Origin: Desulfatiglandales bacterium
GTDB taxonomy: Bacteria > Desulfobacterota > DSM-4660 > Desulfatiglandales > Desulfatiglandaceae
DNA: 64,000 nt
Reading direction: 5' to 3'
NCBI GenBank assembly: GCA_963662465.1
Contig: OY759599.1
Location: 864,001 to 928,000, forward strand
Shown: positions 39,841 to 49,566 of the stretch, one piece after another
Position numbering within the stretch: position 1 is the stretch's first letter
Layout: every line of letters starts with the position of its first letter
The notes under the pieces: generated by a model
Told to the model about the DNA's origin: nothing
What the model saw: only the letters and a program-made list of their open reading frames with translations
Database searches by the model: none
Position numbers and translations under genes: made by a program

Positions 39841-40791
39841 TCAATACCCGAAAAATGCGGCAACATATTTGCTTGCCGTGAAGATGATGATAACGGCCAA
39901 CATCCACTTGATGACCTTGGCGGGTACAAATTTTTGGCAACGTGCTCCGAGGTACATCCCCGCCATTCCGCCGATTCCGAACAGGATTCCCAACAACCAA
40001 TCCGGTGTCACCGATACACCCGGATAAAACGGTGCTATGGCTTGATAGAACATAACGCCGGCAATAGATGTGACAAAGGTTCCCATGAGGGCGGCGCCCG
40101 CTACGGTATAAACGGGCAGTCCGAAGAAAGTGACAAAAAACGGAGCGATAATCGAGCCGCCGCCGATGCCATAGATCCCTCCTACAATGCCGACAATGAA
40201 GCTGAGGGCGAAGATGCCCCAGAATGAAACGTCAAAGCTTTCGCCATAAAATGTGTAACCAAGCCGCTTTAAATTAAAATGGGTGACTTTAACGGTAGGC
40301 AACGGGATTTCCTGCCCCGCAGTCATTTCACGATGCCGACGCATTGCTTTTTGAAAGCGGTTTTCGCTGTTGGATTTTGTTGGGTCGCCTGAATTTTTCT
40401 TGACCAGATCCCGTATTATCTTTAGTCCGATATAGCTCAAGACGGCGGCGGCAAAGAGTTTGAAGTTCCTGGGATCAGGTAGATAACCCACTCGAACAAT
40501 AGCACCGATAAAAACCCCCGGCAAGGTGCCGGCTACGACGACCCAGGTCAGTGGCCACACCATTCTTCCTTCTTTCCAATAATGATAGACCCCACTTGGG
40601 ATGGCGACGATATTGAACAGCTGGTTGGTAGCGCTTACCGAAGGGTTTGTGTACCCGAGAAAAGACATTTGGAACGGCAAAAGCAAAAATGCCCCCGATA
40701 CTCCCCCCATGGAAGTGAAGAAAGAAATCACGAAAGCGACCAGGGGTGGAATCCAAAATGCGACTTCTATTCCAGCGGTTTCAAAAAGCAT
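39841..40791 (-). CDS. Sulfite exporter TauE/SafE family membrane protein
   Basis: SMGGVSGAFLLLP, GGIYGIGGGSIIAP. Confidence 0.88.
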   Translation of the reverse strand: MLFETAGIEVAFWIPPLVAFVISFFTSMGGVSGAFLLLPFQMSFLGYTNPSVSATNQLFNIVAIPSGVYHYWKEGRMVWPLTWVVVAGTLPGVFIGAIVRVGYLPDPRNFKLFAAAVLSYIGLKIIRDLVKKNSGDPTKSNSENRFQKAMRRHREMTAGQEIPLPTVKVTHFNLKRLGYTFYGESFDVSFWGIFALSFIVGIVGGIYGIGGGSIIAPFFVTFFGLPVYTVAGAALMGTFVTSIAGVMFYQAIAPFYPGVSVTPDWLLGILFGIGGMAGMYLGARCQKFVPAKVIKWMLAVIIIFTASKYVAAFFGY

Positions 40792-40931
40792 AATGGTTTC
40801 CTCTGTATATGAATTAGGTGCTAACACGGGTTTTCCCCACAACCCAGTATCCTTACGCCGGTTCGAAGCTTTAGTCTCAAAACTCTAAGTCTTTTTAGTG
40901 TTATATGTCAAGACGCCGTGGGTCATTCTGG

Positions 40932-41037
40932 AATGTTGCGTCTTCGGCCCTAATGGTTTATAAGTTCCCGCGGAAGGCTATTTTGGAATGAAGAAAACCC
41001 TAAGGATTTTGATTTGAAAAAAATGCGGCTGTCCAAC
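40932..41037 (+). promoter_or_regulatory. Duplicated sigma70 promoter/leader (second copy at 49480-49590)
   Basis: TTGCGT-17 nt-TATAAG; the first 38 bp are identical between copies. Confidence 0.6.
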
Positions 41038-41152
41038 GGTCCGGCCCTGGTCATGGCGTCGATTAACGGGTAACCCCACTATGCAAGTTTCACCTGATGG
41101 ACATTCGGCATCAGTGACATATGGGCTTGGCAAAAGTCTTAAAGGCTGGTTT

Positions 41153-42976
41153 ATGAAAATTCCTTTCCCCATCACCTTCAAGCTTCTTCTTTTTATTCTC
41201 CCCCTTGTTTGCCTTCCCACAGTCATTGTCGGTTATTTTTCCTACCATGCATCTATAGAAAGCGTTACCGTTCTTTCCCGTGAACAGCAGTTGTTGCAGG
41301 CAAAAGCGGTTGCCGAGCAAATCAACAACATCTTTCGCGCCTGTTTTATGGATTTGAAATTGATGACGCAGTTGATTGTTGTTGAAAAGGGCGTGTGCAA
41401 AAAGGGGATGGAATCCATTGAGGACATAAACGGCGGCAACGATGTCAATGGGAAAATCCTGAAAGAATTCCTTGCCCGGTCTCCCTATTATAAGAGGCTT
41501 CGCATTGTCAACAGGGACGGCATGGCGATGACACGGGTATTCAGGGATGGGGCACTATTCCCGGTTGAAAAGGCCTTTGATCCTGTTAGCGCCACACATC
41601 ATAGAAAACAGGGCGCTTCTGTTTCCCAGGTATTGAGAGACCCTCTAGAAGACGGTTATATCGTTTATTTTGCCAGGGCTATTCATTGCCCGGAGGGAGA
41701 CTTAGCCGGCTACGTGGTACTTGATTTTGATTACGGAAAAGTGTTTGATCTGGTTCGGTCCGTGGTCATTGGGGTCGAGGGGTATGCTTTCATGGTGGAC
41801 CATCTCGGATGCACCGTGGCGCATCCCCGATTTCGCCCCTACGAGTATAACCTTTCCAAGTATTCGGATCCCCGACTTCGGGAACTCGTGGTGGACATGA
41901 TTTGCGGCGAAACAGGTTGGAAGCGCTTCAACTATCTGGGTGAAAAGGCGGCGGCGTACGCGGTGATCCCCGCCATGGATTGGTCCCTCGCCGTGAGCAT
42001 TCCCATTGAAGAATTTAAGAAAGAAGCCAAGACCCTCAGAAAACGGATGCTGGAAGTGGTCATCATTACCTTGCTTTTGGCGGGGTTTGTTGTGGTAATC
42101 CTGTCTTACCACCTGTTGAAGCCCATCAAAAGGTTGGTTGTCGCTACGGAACGGATTGCCGGTGGCGATCTGGCGCAAGAGATTCCGGTGAAATCGTTGG
42201 ATGAAATGGGTATGCTGACCCGTTCTTTTAACCGAATGGTGGAAAACCTGAGAAGAATGCGGGATGAATTGTTGCGCTCGGAAAAACTGATCGCCATGGG
42301 AAAGCTTTCCGCCGGTGTGGCCCATGAGGTTCGAAATCCCTTAAATGCCATGAAAGGCGCCATCGTCTACTTGCAGCGACGACGGTCCGGAGACGCATTG
42401 ATTCTGGAATACACAGGGCTCATTCTGGAAGAGGTGGAACGGTTGAATCGATTCGTAACGGAATTTCTTTCCTATGCACGGCAACCGCCCCTCAATTTGA
42501 TGCCGGAAGATCTTAACCTGTTGATCGGGAAAACCACTACTTTGTTTGAGGAAAAATTACGGGAGAAGAAGATCATCATTCTTAAAGACCTTGACCCTCA
42601 TTTGCCCATGATTCCCATGGATTCTAACCAGATGGGGCAAGTGATTGCAAACCTTTTGATTAACGCCATGCAGGCCATGCCGGAGGGGGGAACCCTTGAG
42701 ATGACCACGAAGGCTTTAAGCGAAACGGAATCGGAACGTTCTTTAAAAAAGGTCGTCATGACCATGCGGGATAACGGCGTCGGCATTCCGAAGGATAACT
42801 TGAACAGGATCTTCGATCCGTTTTTCAGCACCGGGGAAAGCGGCACGGGGTTGGGGCTTTCGATCAGTCTGAGAATTGTTGAGAATCATGGGGGGACCTT
42901 AAGGATAGAAAGCCGTGAAGGGGAGGGGACGACAATTACATTGGCGTTGACCGCACATAAGGAAAATGGAATATGA
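41153..42976 (+). CDS. Cache-HAMP sensor histidine kinase
   Basis: Two TM segments, HAMP, AHEVRNPL, NLLINA, DNGVGI, GTGLGL. Confidence 0.9.
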   Translation: MKIPFPITFKLLLFILPLVCLPTVIVGYFSYHASIESVTVLSREQQLLQAKAVAEQINNIFRACFMDLKLMTQLIVVEKGVCKKGMESIEDINGGNDVNGKILKEFLARSPYYKRLRIVNRDGMAMTRVFRDGALFPVEKAFDPVSATHHRKQGASVSQVLRDPLEDGYIVYFARAIHCPEGDLAGYVVLDFDYGKVFDLVRSVVIGVEGYAFMVDHLGCTVAHPRFRPYEYNLSKYSDPRLRELVVDMICGETGWKRFNYLGEKAAAYAVIPAMDWSLAVSIPIEEFKKEAKTLRKRMLEVVIITLLLAGFVVVILSYHLLKPIKRLVVATERIAGGDLAQEIPVKSLDEMGMLTRSFNRMVENLRRMRDELLRSEKLIAMGKLSAGVAHEVRNPLNAMKGAIVYLQRRRSGDALILEYTGLILEEVERLNRFVTEFLSYARQPPLNLMPEDLNLLIGKTTTLFEEKLREKKIIILKDLDPHLPMIPMDSNQMGQVIANLLINAMQAMPEGGTLEMTTKALSETESERSLKKVVMTMRDNGVGIPKDNLNRIFDPFFSTGESGTGLGLSISLRIVENHGGTLRIESREGEGTTITLALTAHKENGI

Positions 42977-44358
42977 AAAAACAAATTCTGATCGTAGATG
43001 ATAATGCCAATACCGTCAAAGTCATCGGGGCGATTCTTGAGGATGAAGGTTATCGGGTCCATAAGGCCGGAAGTGCTGAAAAAGCCCTGGGTATTTTTAA
43101 AGAAAAGGGGGATATGGATGCGATTCTGGCGGATCTCAAAATGCCGGGAAAGGATGGTCTGTGGTTGTACCGGCAAGCGAGAGGCATTGACGGAAATGTG
43201 CCTTTTGTGATTATGACGGCCCATGGGACCATCGAGTCGGCGGTTCGCGCCATGAAAGACGGGGTAACCAATTATCTGATCAAACCGCTGAACTACGAAG
43301 AGTTGAGCGTCGTTTTGGAACGGGCCATCAGGGAAAGGCAGATTGCCCGAGAACTGGCGGATTTGCGCCAAAAAGTCAAAGTGGGGGAGTCTTTCCAAAA
43401 CATTATCGGCATCAGCAAGGTTATGCGGAAGGTTTTTGAAACGTTGCGCACGGTGGCGCCAACCGATGCGCCCATCTTGATTCAGGGGGAAACGGGCACG
43501 GGAAAAGAGTTGCTGGCCAAAGCGATTCATTCCCTCAGCAAGCGGCATGATCGAAATATGATATGCATCAATTCGGCGGCACTCACGGAAACACTCCTTG
43601 AAGCCGAACTTTTCGGGTACGTTAAAGGTGCTTTTACCGGTGCGGTGGCCGACAAAAAGGGGCGACTTGAATTTTCCGACGGCGGCACCCTGTTTCTGGA
43701 TGAAATTGCCCATATGTCACTGAAACTCCAGTCCAAGCTTCTTCGTTTTCTCCAGGATGGCGCCTTTGAACCCGTGGGAAGCGTGGAGACCCGAAAAGTG
43801 GATGTTCGGGTGATTTCGGCGAGTAACCGGAATCTCCACGAAGCAATCTCTGAAGGCCTCTTTCTAAACGATCTCTTTTATCGTATCGAGGTGATTTCCA
43901 TTACCATGCCCCCGCTGCGGGATCGGAAGGACGATATCCCCCTCCTGGCGGATCACTTTGCCAGACGTTACGCCCGGCAATATGAAAAGTCGGTAAACGG
44001 CATTCAATCTCACGCACTGGAAGCATTGATGCGTCATTCCTGGCCGGGCAATGTCCGGGAATTGGAAAACTGTCTGGCCCGTGGCGTTATCCTCTCAAAG
44101 GAAAATAAAATTACCCTGAACGACCTTCCCGAAAGAATCAGAGCGGGTGCGGGGTTTTCCGTTTCCGCTCCATCAGGGGAAAGCTGCATCATTGGAGAGA
44201 TTCCTGAAACAGGGATCAAAATCAAAGAGATGGAGAAGAAACTGATTGAAAAAACCCTTGAAAAATGCAGTGAGAACAAGAGCCTGACGGCGGAATTTCT
44301 GGGGATATCCCGCAAGGCCCTTTATGAAAAGATCGGTCGGCATGGCATCCGTTCCTGA
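42973..44358 (+). CDS. Sigma54-dependent response regulator (NtrC family)
   Basis: Receiver domain, GETGTGKE, GAFTGA, WPGNVRELEN, Fis HTH. Confidence 0.93.
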   Translation: MKKQILIVDDNANTVKVIGAILEDEGYRVHKAGSAEKALGIFKEKGDMDAILADLKMPGKDGLWLYRQARGIDGNVPFVIMTAHGTIESAVRAMKDGVTNYLIKPLNYEELSVVLERAIRERQIARELADLRQKVKVGESFQNIIGISKVMRKVFETLRTVAPTDAPILIQGETGTGKELLAKAIHSLSKRHDRNMICINSAALTETLLEAELFGYVKGAFTGAVADKKGRLEFSDGGTLFLDEIAHMSLKLQSKLLRFLQDGAFEPVGSVETRKVDVRVISASNRNLHEAISEGLFLNDLFYRIEVISITMPPLRDRKDDIPLLADHFARRYARQYEKSVNGIQSHALEALMRHSWPGNVRELENCLARGVILSKENKITLNDLPERIRAGAGFSVSAPSGESCIIGEIPETGIKIKEMEKKLIEKTLEKCSENKSLTAEFLGISRKALYEKIGRHGIRS

Positions 44359-44487
44359 CCCAAATGATAGGGGTTCGTTTCTTTTCCATACAGGCGGTCC
44401 AAGTCTGCTTCCTTTCGTAACAATGACGCCTAACCATTTGAGAATGTGGTCATTATATTCCAATTTCAGCAGTCTTTACCCTGAAAC

Positions 44488-44592
44488 GTTACCAAAAGTA
44501 ACATCCCGTTTTTTCAGATTCCACGTGTAATCTTTAAAAAGTAAACCTTTTCAATTCGTTATCGTCAGAATTATTTCCGGCATGGTGCTTGC
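44488..44592 (+). promoter_or_regulatory. Enhancer site (GTTAC-N5-GTAAC) and sigma54 -24/-12 promoter
   Basis: Palindrome at 44488-44502; CCGGCATGGTGCTTGC at 44577-44592. Confidence 0.7.
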
Positions 44593-44639
44593 TGTCATTA
44601 AACGCAATCTGCTTTTTTGAAAAACTTGGGGCACTTAAC

Positions 44640-45377
44640 TTGGATAGAACCGAAATCGTTTTCAGTCTCGACAGAGTCCGGAAAAATTTTGGCGGTTTGC
44701 TGGCACTGGACAGTCTCAGTCTGGATCTGGGACGTCGGGAAATTATAGGGATTCTCGGTCCCAATGGCGCCGGAAAATCAACCCTGTTCAATGTTATCAC
44801 TTCCATTGTCAAACCGGATGCCGGCGATGTCTACCTTGAAGGCAACCGGATTACTGCCAAGAGCCCCCACGCCATTTGCCGGATGGGGATCTCCCGCACC
44901 TTTCAACTGGTCAGGTCCTTTTTAAGCATGACGGCCCTTGAGAACGTGCTGGTGGGTTCCGTGTTTGGCAGCAGGCTGCGAGGAAAAGCGGCCCTGGCTA
45001 ACGCGTTGGAGGCCCTGGAACTGGTCGACCTTATCCATAAGAGAGATATGGCCACTGCCCACATGACCCTGTCCGATCGGCGCTTGCTTGAAGTGGCCAG
45101 GGCATTGGCTTCCCGTCCCCGGGTGACCCTTCTGGATGAACCCATGGCGGGACTGAATCCATCCGAAATCGTGATCATGCTGGAGGTCATCAATAAAGCC
45201 AGGGATCTAATGGGTGTGTCCATTTTGTGGGTTGAACATAAAGTGGAGGCCATCTTTCATCTTTGCGATCGGATTATGGTGTTGGAATACGGCCGGAAAA
45301 TCGCCGAAGGAACACCTGCGGAGATTGCTAAAAACGAGATTGTTATTGAGGCTTATCTGGGTGAAGCACCTGCTTGA
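44640..45377 (+). CDS. livG: Branched-chain amino acid type ABC ATPase
   Basis: GPNGAGKST, RTFQ, LLDEPMAG, EAYLG; TTG start inferred. Confidence 0.85.
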   Translation: MDRTEIVFSLDRVRKNFGGLLALDSLSLDLGRREIIGILGPNGAGKSTLFNVITSIVKPDAGDVYLEGNRITAKSPHAICRMGISRTFQLVRSFLSMTALENVLVGSVFGSRLRGKAALANALEALELVDLIHKRDMATAHMTLSDRRLLEVARALASRPRVTLLDEPMAGLNPSEIVIMLEVINKARDLMGVSILWVEHKVEAIFHLCDRIMVLEYGRKIAEGTPAEIAKNEIVIEAYLGEAPA

Positions 45378-46080
45378 AGTGTCAAATGTCGATATTTTTT
45401 ATGGAGACGCCCAGGCTGTCTGGGATGTTTCTTTTTGGGTGGACCGGGAACAGATCGTCGCCCTGGTGGGGGCTAACGGCGCCGGCAAGAGTACCCTTCT
45501 GGATACCATTTCCTGTCTGATTCGACCGAGCAGTGGGGAGATTTTGTTCCAGGGGAAACCGATCAATTCTATAAAGCCTGAGGCTGTGGCGGATCTTGGC
45601 ATCAGCCATGTGCCGGAAGGCCGTGGTCTGTTTTCCCGAATGACGGTACTGGAAAATCTGGAACTGGGCGGGTTCCCCAAGCGTGCCAGACCTTTTTTCG
45701 AAGAATCTCTGGCCCGTGCTTTCAATTTGTTTCCAGTGCTGAAAAAGCGCATCCATCAACGGGCGGGTTCTCTCAGCGGCGGGGAACAACAGATGCTGGC
45801 CATCGCCCGCGCCGTCATGGCAAAACCGATTTTTCTCATGCTGGACGAACCCTCTCTCGGTCTGGCGCCGGTGATTGTCAAACTGATGTTTGAGATTATT
45901 CAGGAACTCAATAGAGAAAATGTCGCCATCCTTTTGGTGGAGCAGAATGTTCACCAGACCCTGGAAATTGCGGACTATGCCTACGTACTGAGAACGGGCC
46001 GAATGGAATTGAGCGGCAAAGGGCGTGAACTTCTTCAAAACCCGGATTTCAAGCAGGCCTACCTGGGGATGAAAGGATGA
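45361..46080 (+). CDS. livF: Branched-chain amino acid type ABC ATPase
   Basis: GANGAGKST, VPEGR, LSGGEQQM, LDEPSLGLAP. Confidence 0.88.
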   Translation: MKHLLEVSNVDIFYGDAQAVWDVSFWVDREQIVALVGANGAGKSTLLDTISCLIRPSSGEILFQGKPINSIKPEAVADLGISHVPEGRGLFSRMTVLENLELGGFPKRARPFFEESLARAFNLFPVLKKRIHQRAGSLSGGEQQMLAIARAVMAKPIFLMLDEPSLGLAPVIVKLMFEIIQELNRENVAILLVEQNVHQTLEIADYAYVLRTGRMELSGKGRELLQNPDFKQAYLGMKG

Positions 46081-46084
46081 ATCC

Positions 46085-46972
46085 ATGAGCGGACTTTCTC
46101 CATCCGGCGCATTTTTACAGATTTTAATCAACGGGGTTTTATTTGGCAGCATGTATGGGGTCGCCGCCATTGGATTGAGCCTTATTTTCGGCACCATGCA
46201 GATCATTTTTATCGCCCAGGGCGCCATGATGATATTGGCCGCCTATTTGACCTATTGGATTTTCACCCTTACCGCAATTGACCCCTTTTATTGTTTTGTG
46301 TTGATCCTCCCCATTTTTCTGGGTATCGGCTGGGCTTTTTACGCGGGACTTTTCAGCCGGGTGGCGGCGGCGGGGAAAAATCCTTCGTTGCTTCTGGCCT
46401 TTGGCCTCATGATCCTGCTGGAAAATCTCATGTCCCTGGCCTGGACCGCCAATACCCGGGCCGTTTCCACCAGCTACACCGGCATGGGGCTTAGCGTGGG
46501 GAACATTCAGATTTCCTTCACCCGGCTGGTGGTTTTCTTGATCAGTCTTCTGGCAACGGGCCTGGTCTTTTTTTTCATGAAAAAGACCCTTTGGGGAAAA
46601 GCGGTTCGCGCGGCATCGGAAAATATCAAGGCCGCCGCGCTCCTGGGCATCAGCCCTCGCCGGGTGAGCGGCATTACCTTTTCCATCGGCATTGCACTGG
46701 CTGGCATCGCGGGTGTGGCTACCGCTGTTACATACCCGTTTGATCCCTATTTCGGTTTTGTTTTCAGCCTGAAGGCCCTCATTGCCGTGGCATTCGGTGG
46801 CATCGGGAGTGTGGGGGGCGCCATGTTCGGTGGGATTTTGCTGGGGGTGATCGAAAGCGTCAGTTCCTATACCATCAGCGGCGGCTGGGCCGACGCCATT
46901 TCCTACGGCGCATTCCTTCTGGTGCTCATGTTTCGGCCCCAGGGGCTTTTTGGCCGTACAAATGCTTTGTAA
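46085..46972 (+). CDS. livH: Branched-chain amino acid type ABC permease
   Basis: GLSLIFG, GKAVRAA, FRPQGLFG. Confidence 0.88.
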   Translation: MSGLSPSGAFLQILINGVLFGSMYGVAAIGLSLIFGTMQIIFIAQGAMMILAAYLTYWIFTLTAIDPFYCFVLILPIFLGIGWAFYAGLFSRVAAAGKNPSLLLAFGLMILLENLMSLAWTANTRAVSTSYTGMGLSVGNIQISFTRLVVFLISLLATGLVFFFMKKTLWGKAVRAASENIKAAALLGISPRRVSGITFSIGIALAGIAGVATAVTYPFDPYFGFVFSLKALIAVAFGGIGSVGGAMFGGILLGVIESVSSYTISGGWADAISYGAFLLVLMFRPQGLFGRTNAL

Positions 46973-47022
46973 GGGTTACGTGTGTAATCCTGTTTTCCGG
47001 ATTTATCATTGAGGGAACAACC

Positions 47023-48015
47023 ATGACAGAGATGGGTGGGGGGCATAACTGGAAAGCGATTTGTTGGGGACTTCCCCTGCTGGGCTTCCTGTTGGTTTTT
47101 CCTTTCCTGGTGGATTCGGAGGGATCCTATCTGGTTTATTTTCTATTCCTGACCTTCATCTATGTGTCCATGGCCCAGGGATGGAACCTGGTGGCAGGTT
47201 ATGCGGGACAGGCTTCCCTGGGTCAGCATGCCTTCTTCGGATTTGGGGCTTATGTGACGGCCATGGCATGGAATGCCGGATGGATCGGGTACCTGGATCC
47301 TTTCGGGATGCTGCTGAGTGGTCTTGGGGCGGCCGTGCTGGCCATTGTGATTGGGATTCCCCTGTTGGCCAAGTTACGGGGGGACTATTTTGCTTTGGGC
47401 ACCCTGGGCCTGGGGGAAATTTTGCGGGTGGTGTTTACCCAGGGGGGGGCTCTTACGGGAGGTCCGGTGGGACTCATGCTCCCTTCTTCGGCATATGAAT
47501 CCATGGCGCCCTATTACTATATCGCCCTGAGCATCGCGCTTTTGACCCTGCTGACCCTTTTTTTTCTGGTTCGCTCCAGTGTCGGCCTGGCATTGGTGGC
47601 TGTTCGAGAGGATGAAGAGGCCGCCGCCGCCAACGGGATTTTTGTCTTAAAATACAAAATTTTGGCCTTTGCGGTGGGCGCTTTTTTTACCGGCATGTGC
47701 GGCAGTATATTTGCCTATTACCTGTTCCATATCCATCCATCGGGGGTTTTCAGTCTCAACTGGGCGTTGCTGCCGGTTCTCATGACGATTCTGGGGGGCA
47801 TTGGCACCCTGATGGGACCAATTATCGGCGCCTTTGTCATGTCGGCTGTTTTTGAAATGGCCAATACATGGCTTCCGGATATTCATCCTATTTTTTCAGG
47901 GGTGTTTATCATTCTGGTGATGCTTTTTCTGCCCAAGGGGATCATGAGTCTGGGATCGAAATTTAATCCATCTCCCATTTTGTTGCGACTATTTCCCTTT
48001 AAGCGGGGGTCTTGA
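47023..48015 (+). CDS. livM: Branched-chain amino acid type ABC permease
   Basis: GYAGQASLGQHAFFG, LRGDYFAL, AVREDE. Confidence 0.88.
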   Translation: MTEMGGGHNWKAICWGLPLLGFLLVFPFLVDSEGSYLVYFLFLTFIYVSMAQGWNLVAGYAGQASLGQHAFFGFGAYVTAMAWNAGWIGYLDPFGMLLSGLGAAVLAIVIGIPLLAKLRGDYFALGTLGLGEILRVVFTQGGALTGGPVGLMLPSSAYESMAPYYYIALSIALLTLLTLFFLVRSSVGLALVAVREDEEAAAANGIFVLKYKILAFAVGAFFTGMCGSIFAYYLFHIHPSGVFSLNWALLPVLMTILGGIGTLMGPIIGAFVMSAVFEMANTWLPDIHPIFSGVFIILVMLFLPKGIMSLGSKFNPSPILLRLFPFKRGS

Positions 48016-48043
48016 GAAGTGAAACGTGAAAAGTGAAGCGTGA
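48016..48043 (+). repeat. Heptamer tandem repeat (NNNGTGA x4)
   Basis: GAAGTGA AACGTGA AAAGTGA AGCGTGA. Confidence 0.55.
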
Positions 48044-48129
48044 CGAAGGCAAGGGAAGGAGGTGGCGTGTTTGTTCAGAGGGGTGTTTTTAAATCATGAA
48101 CCCGGAAGACGATATGAAAGGAGAGCATT

Positions 48130-49368
48130 ATGTGGAAGGGAATTCTTGGGCGTGGCAAAATGACGACGGTTTTAATGGCGGTCTTTGTTGCGTTGTCGCT
48201 GCTTCTCTATGCGGCGCCGTCGGCTGAAGCAAAAAAGGAAAAGACGGAAATCCTCATTGGCAGCAATCTTCCGCTGACCGGTATTCTGGCGGGCGCCGGC
48301 ATTGAACAGCGGTGGGCTTATCAGACCGCCGTGGATGACATCAACAAGGCGGGGGGCATTTTTGTAAAGGAATACGGGAAGAAACTCCCCGTAAGGCTTA
48401 TTGTGGCCGATGATGCCAGTGATCCGGGAAAGGCGGCATCAGCCGTTGAGCGGTTGATCAAACAGAAGAAAGTGGATTTGCTGCTGGGTGGCTTTGCAGC
48501 GCCCTTTGGGGTGATCCCCGGATGTATTACCGCTGAAAAATACCGCCGCTATTATCATACGTCCATATGTCTGATTCCCCCATGGCTGGAGCACCATTTC
48601 AAATGGTCCACGCTCTTTTTCTTCAAGCTGGATCAGGCGTGCAGCGTTCCCTATCAGATTTGGGACAGCCTGCCTGAAAATGAACGGCCCAAGAAACCCG
48701 CGCTGATCATGGAGGATACTTTTGACGGCAGGGCCTTTGCCGGATTGTTCCGAAGCCTGGCCAAAAAATTCGGTTATACCTTTGCCTTGGATGAGCCCTG
48801 GGCGGTAGGCGCCAAGGATTATTCCTCACAGATTATCAAAGCCAAGAGTCAGGGCGTGGATGCCATTTTGATCTTCGGCGCCGATACCGATATTATCACC
48901 TTTGTGCGGCAGATGAAAGAGAACAACCTCAGCGTCAAATATTTCCACGGCTGGAAAGGGACCTGGGCCGGGGAGTTCTGGAAAGCGCTGGGCAAGGATG
49001 CCCAGTACATCCTTTGTGATGGATTCTGGTCCATGGATTTTCCCTTTCCCGGCGCTAAGGAACTGGGTGAACGTTACTACAACCACTTCAAAAAACATTC
49101 CGTAAGCGTGGGCGCTTTGTACGGACTGTGCCAGATCCTGTGGCAGGCCGTTGAAAAAGCCGGCACACTGGATTCGGCAAAGGTTCGACAGGCGGTTTTG
49201 GACAATGAATTCGAGACCGTCATGGGTAAGGTGAAGTACGGCAAGGACGGCGTGGCGGTCTTTGAGTCCACGGCCAGCCAGTGGTGGAATGGGAAACAGA
49301 TGACGGTGTATCCATTCAAATGGACGGATTATAGGATTAAACTGGCGCCTCCCTGGAATGACCGATAA
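48130..49368 (+). CDS. LivK-family ABC substrate-binding protein
   Basis: Signal peptide, IGSNLPLTG, INKAGG, DDASDP. Confidence 0.88.
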   Translation: MWKGILGRGKMTTVLMAVFVALSLLLYAAPSAEAKKEKTEILIGSNLPLTGILAGAGIEQRWAYQTAVDDINKAGGIFVKEYGKKLPVRLIVADDASDPGKAASAVERLIKQKKVDLLLGGFAAPFGVIPGCITAEKYRRYYHTSICLIPPWLEHHFKWSTLFFFKLDQACSVPYQIWDSLPENERPKKPALIMEDTFDGRAFAGLFRSLAKKFGYTFALDEPWAVGAKDYSSQIIKAKSQGVDAILIFGADTDIITFVRQMKENNLSVKYFHGWKGTWAGEFWKALGKDAQYILCDGFWSMDFPFPGAKELGERYYNHFKKHSVSVGALYGLCQILWQAVEKAGTLDSAKVRQAVLDNEFETVMGKVKYGKDGVAVFESTASQWWNGKQMTVYPFKWTDYRIKLAPPWNDR

Positions 49369-49566
49369 GGATATGATATCGCAAAAAAACCAGCCGCCGT
49401 GATGGCGGAAAAATGAGTTTTGTTCGGGGGCGCCTTCCACATGAAGACGTCCCCGGCCTGTCATGGGGGCCGAAGATGCAATGTTGCGTCTTCGGCCCTA
49501 ATGGTTTATAAGTTCCCACAAAAGGCTGTTTTGGAATGCAAAAAAAAAGACCCTAAGGATTTCGAT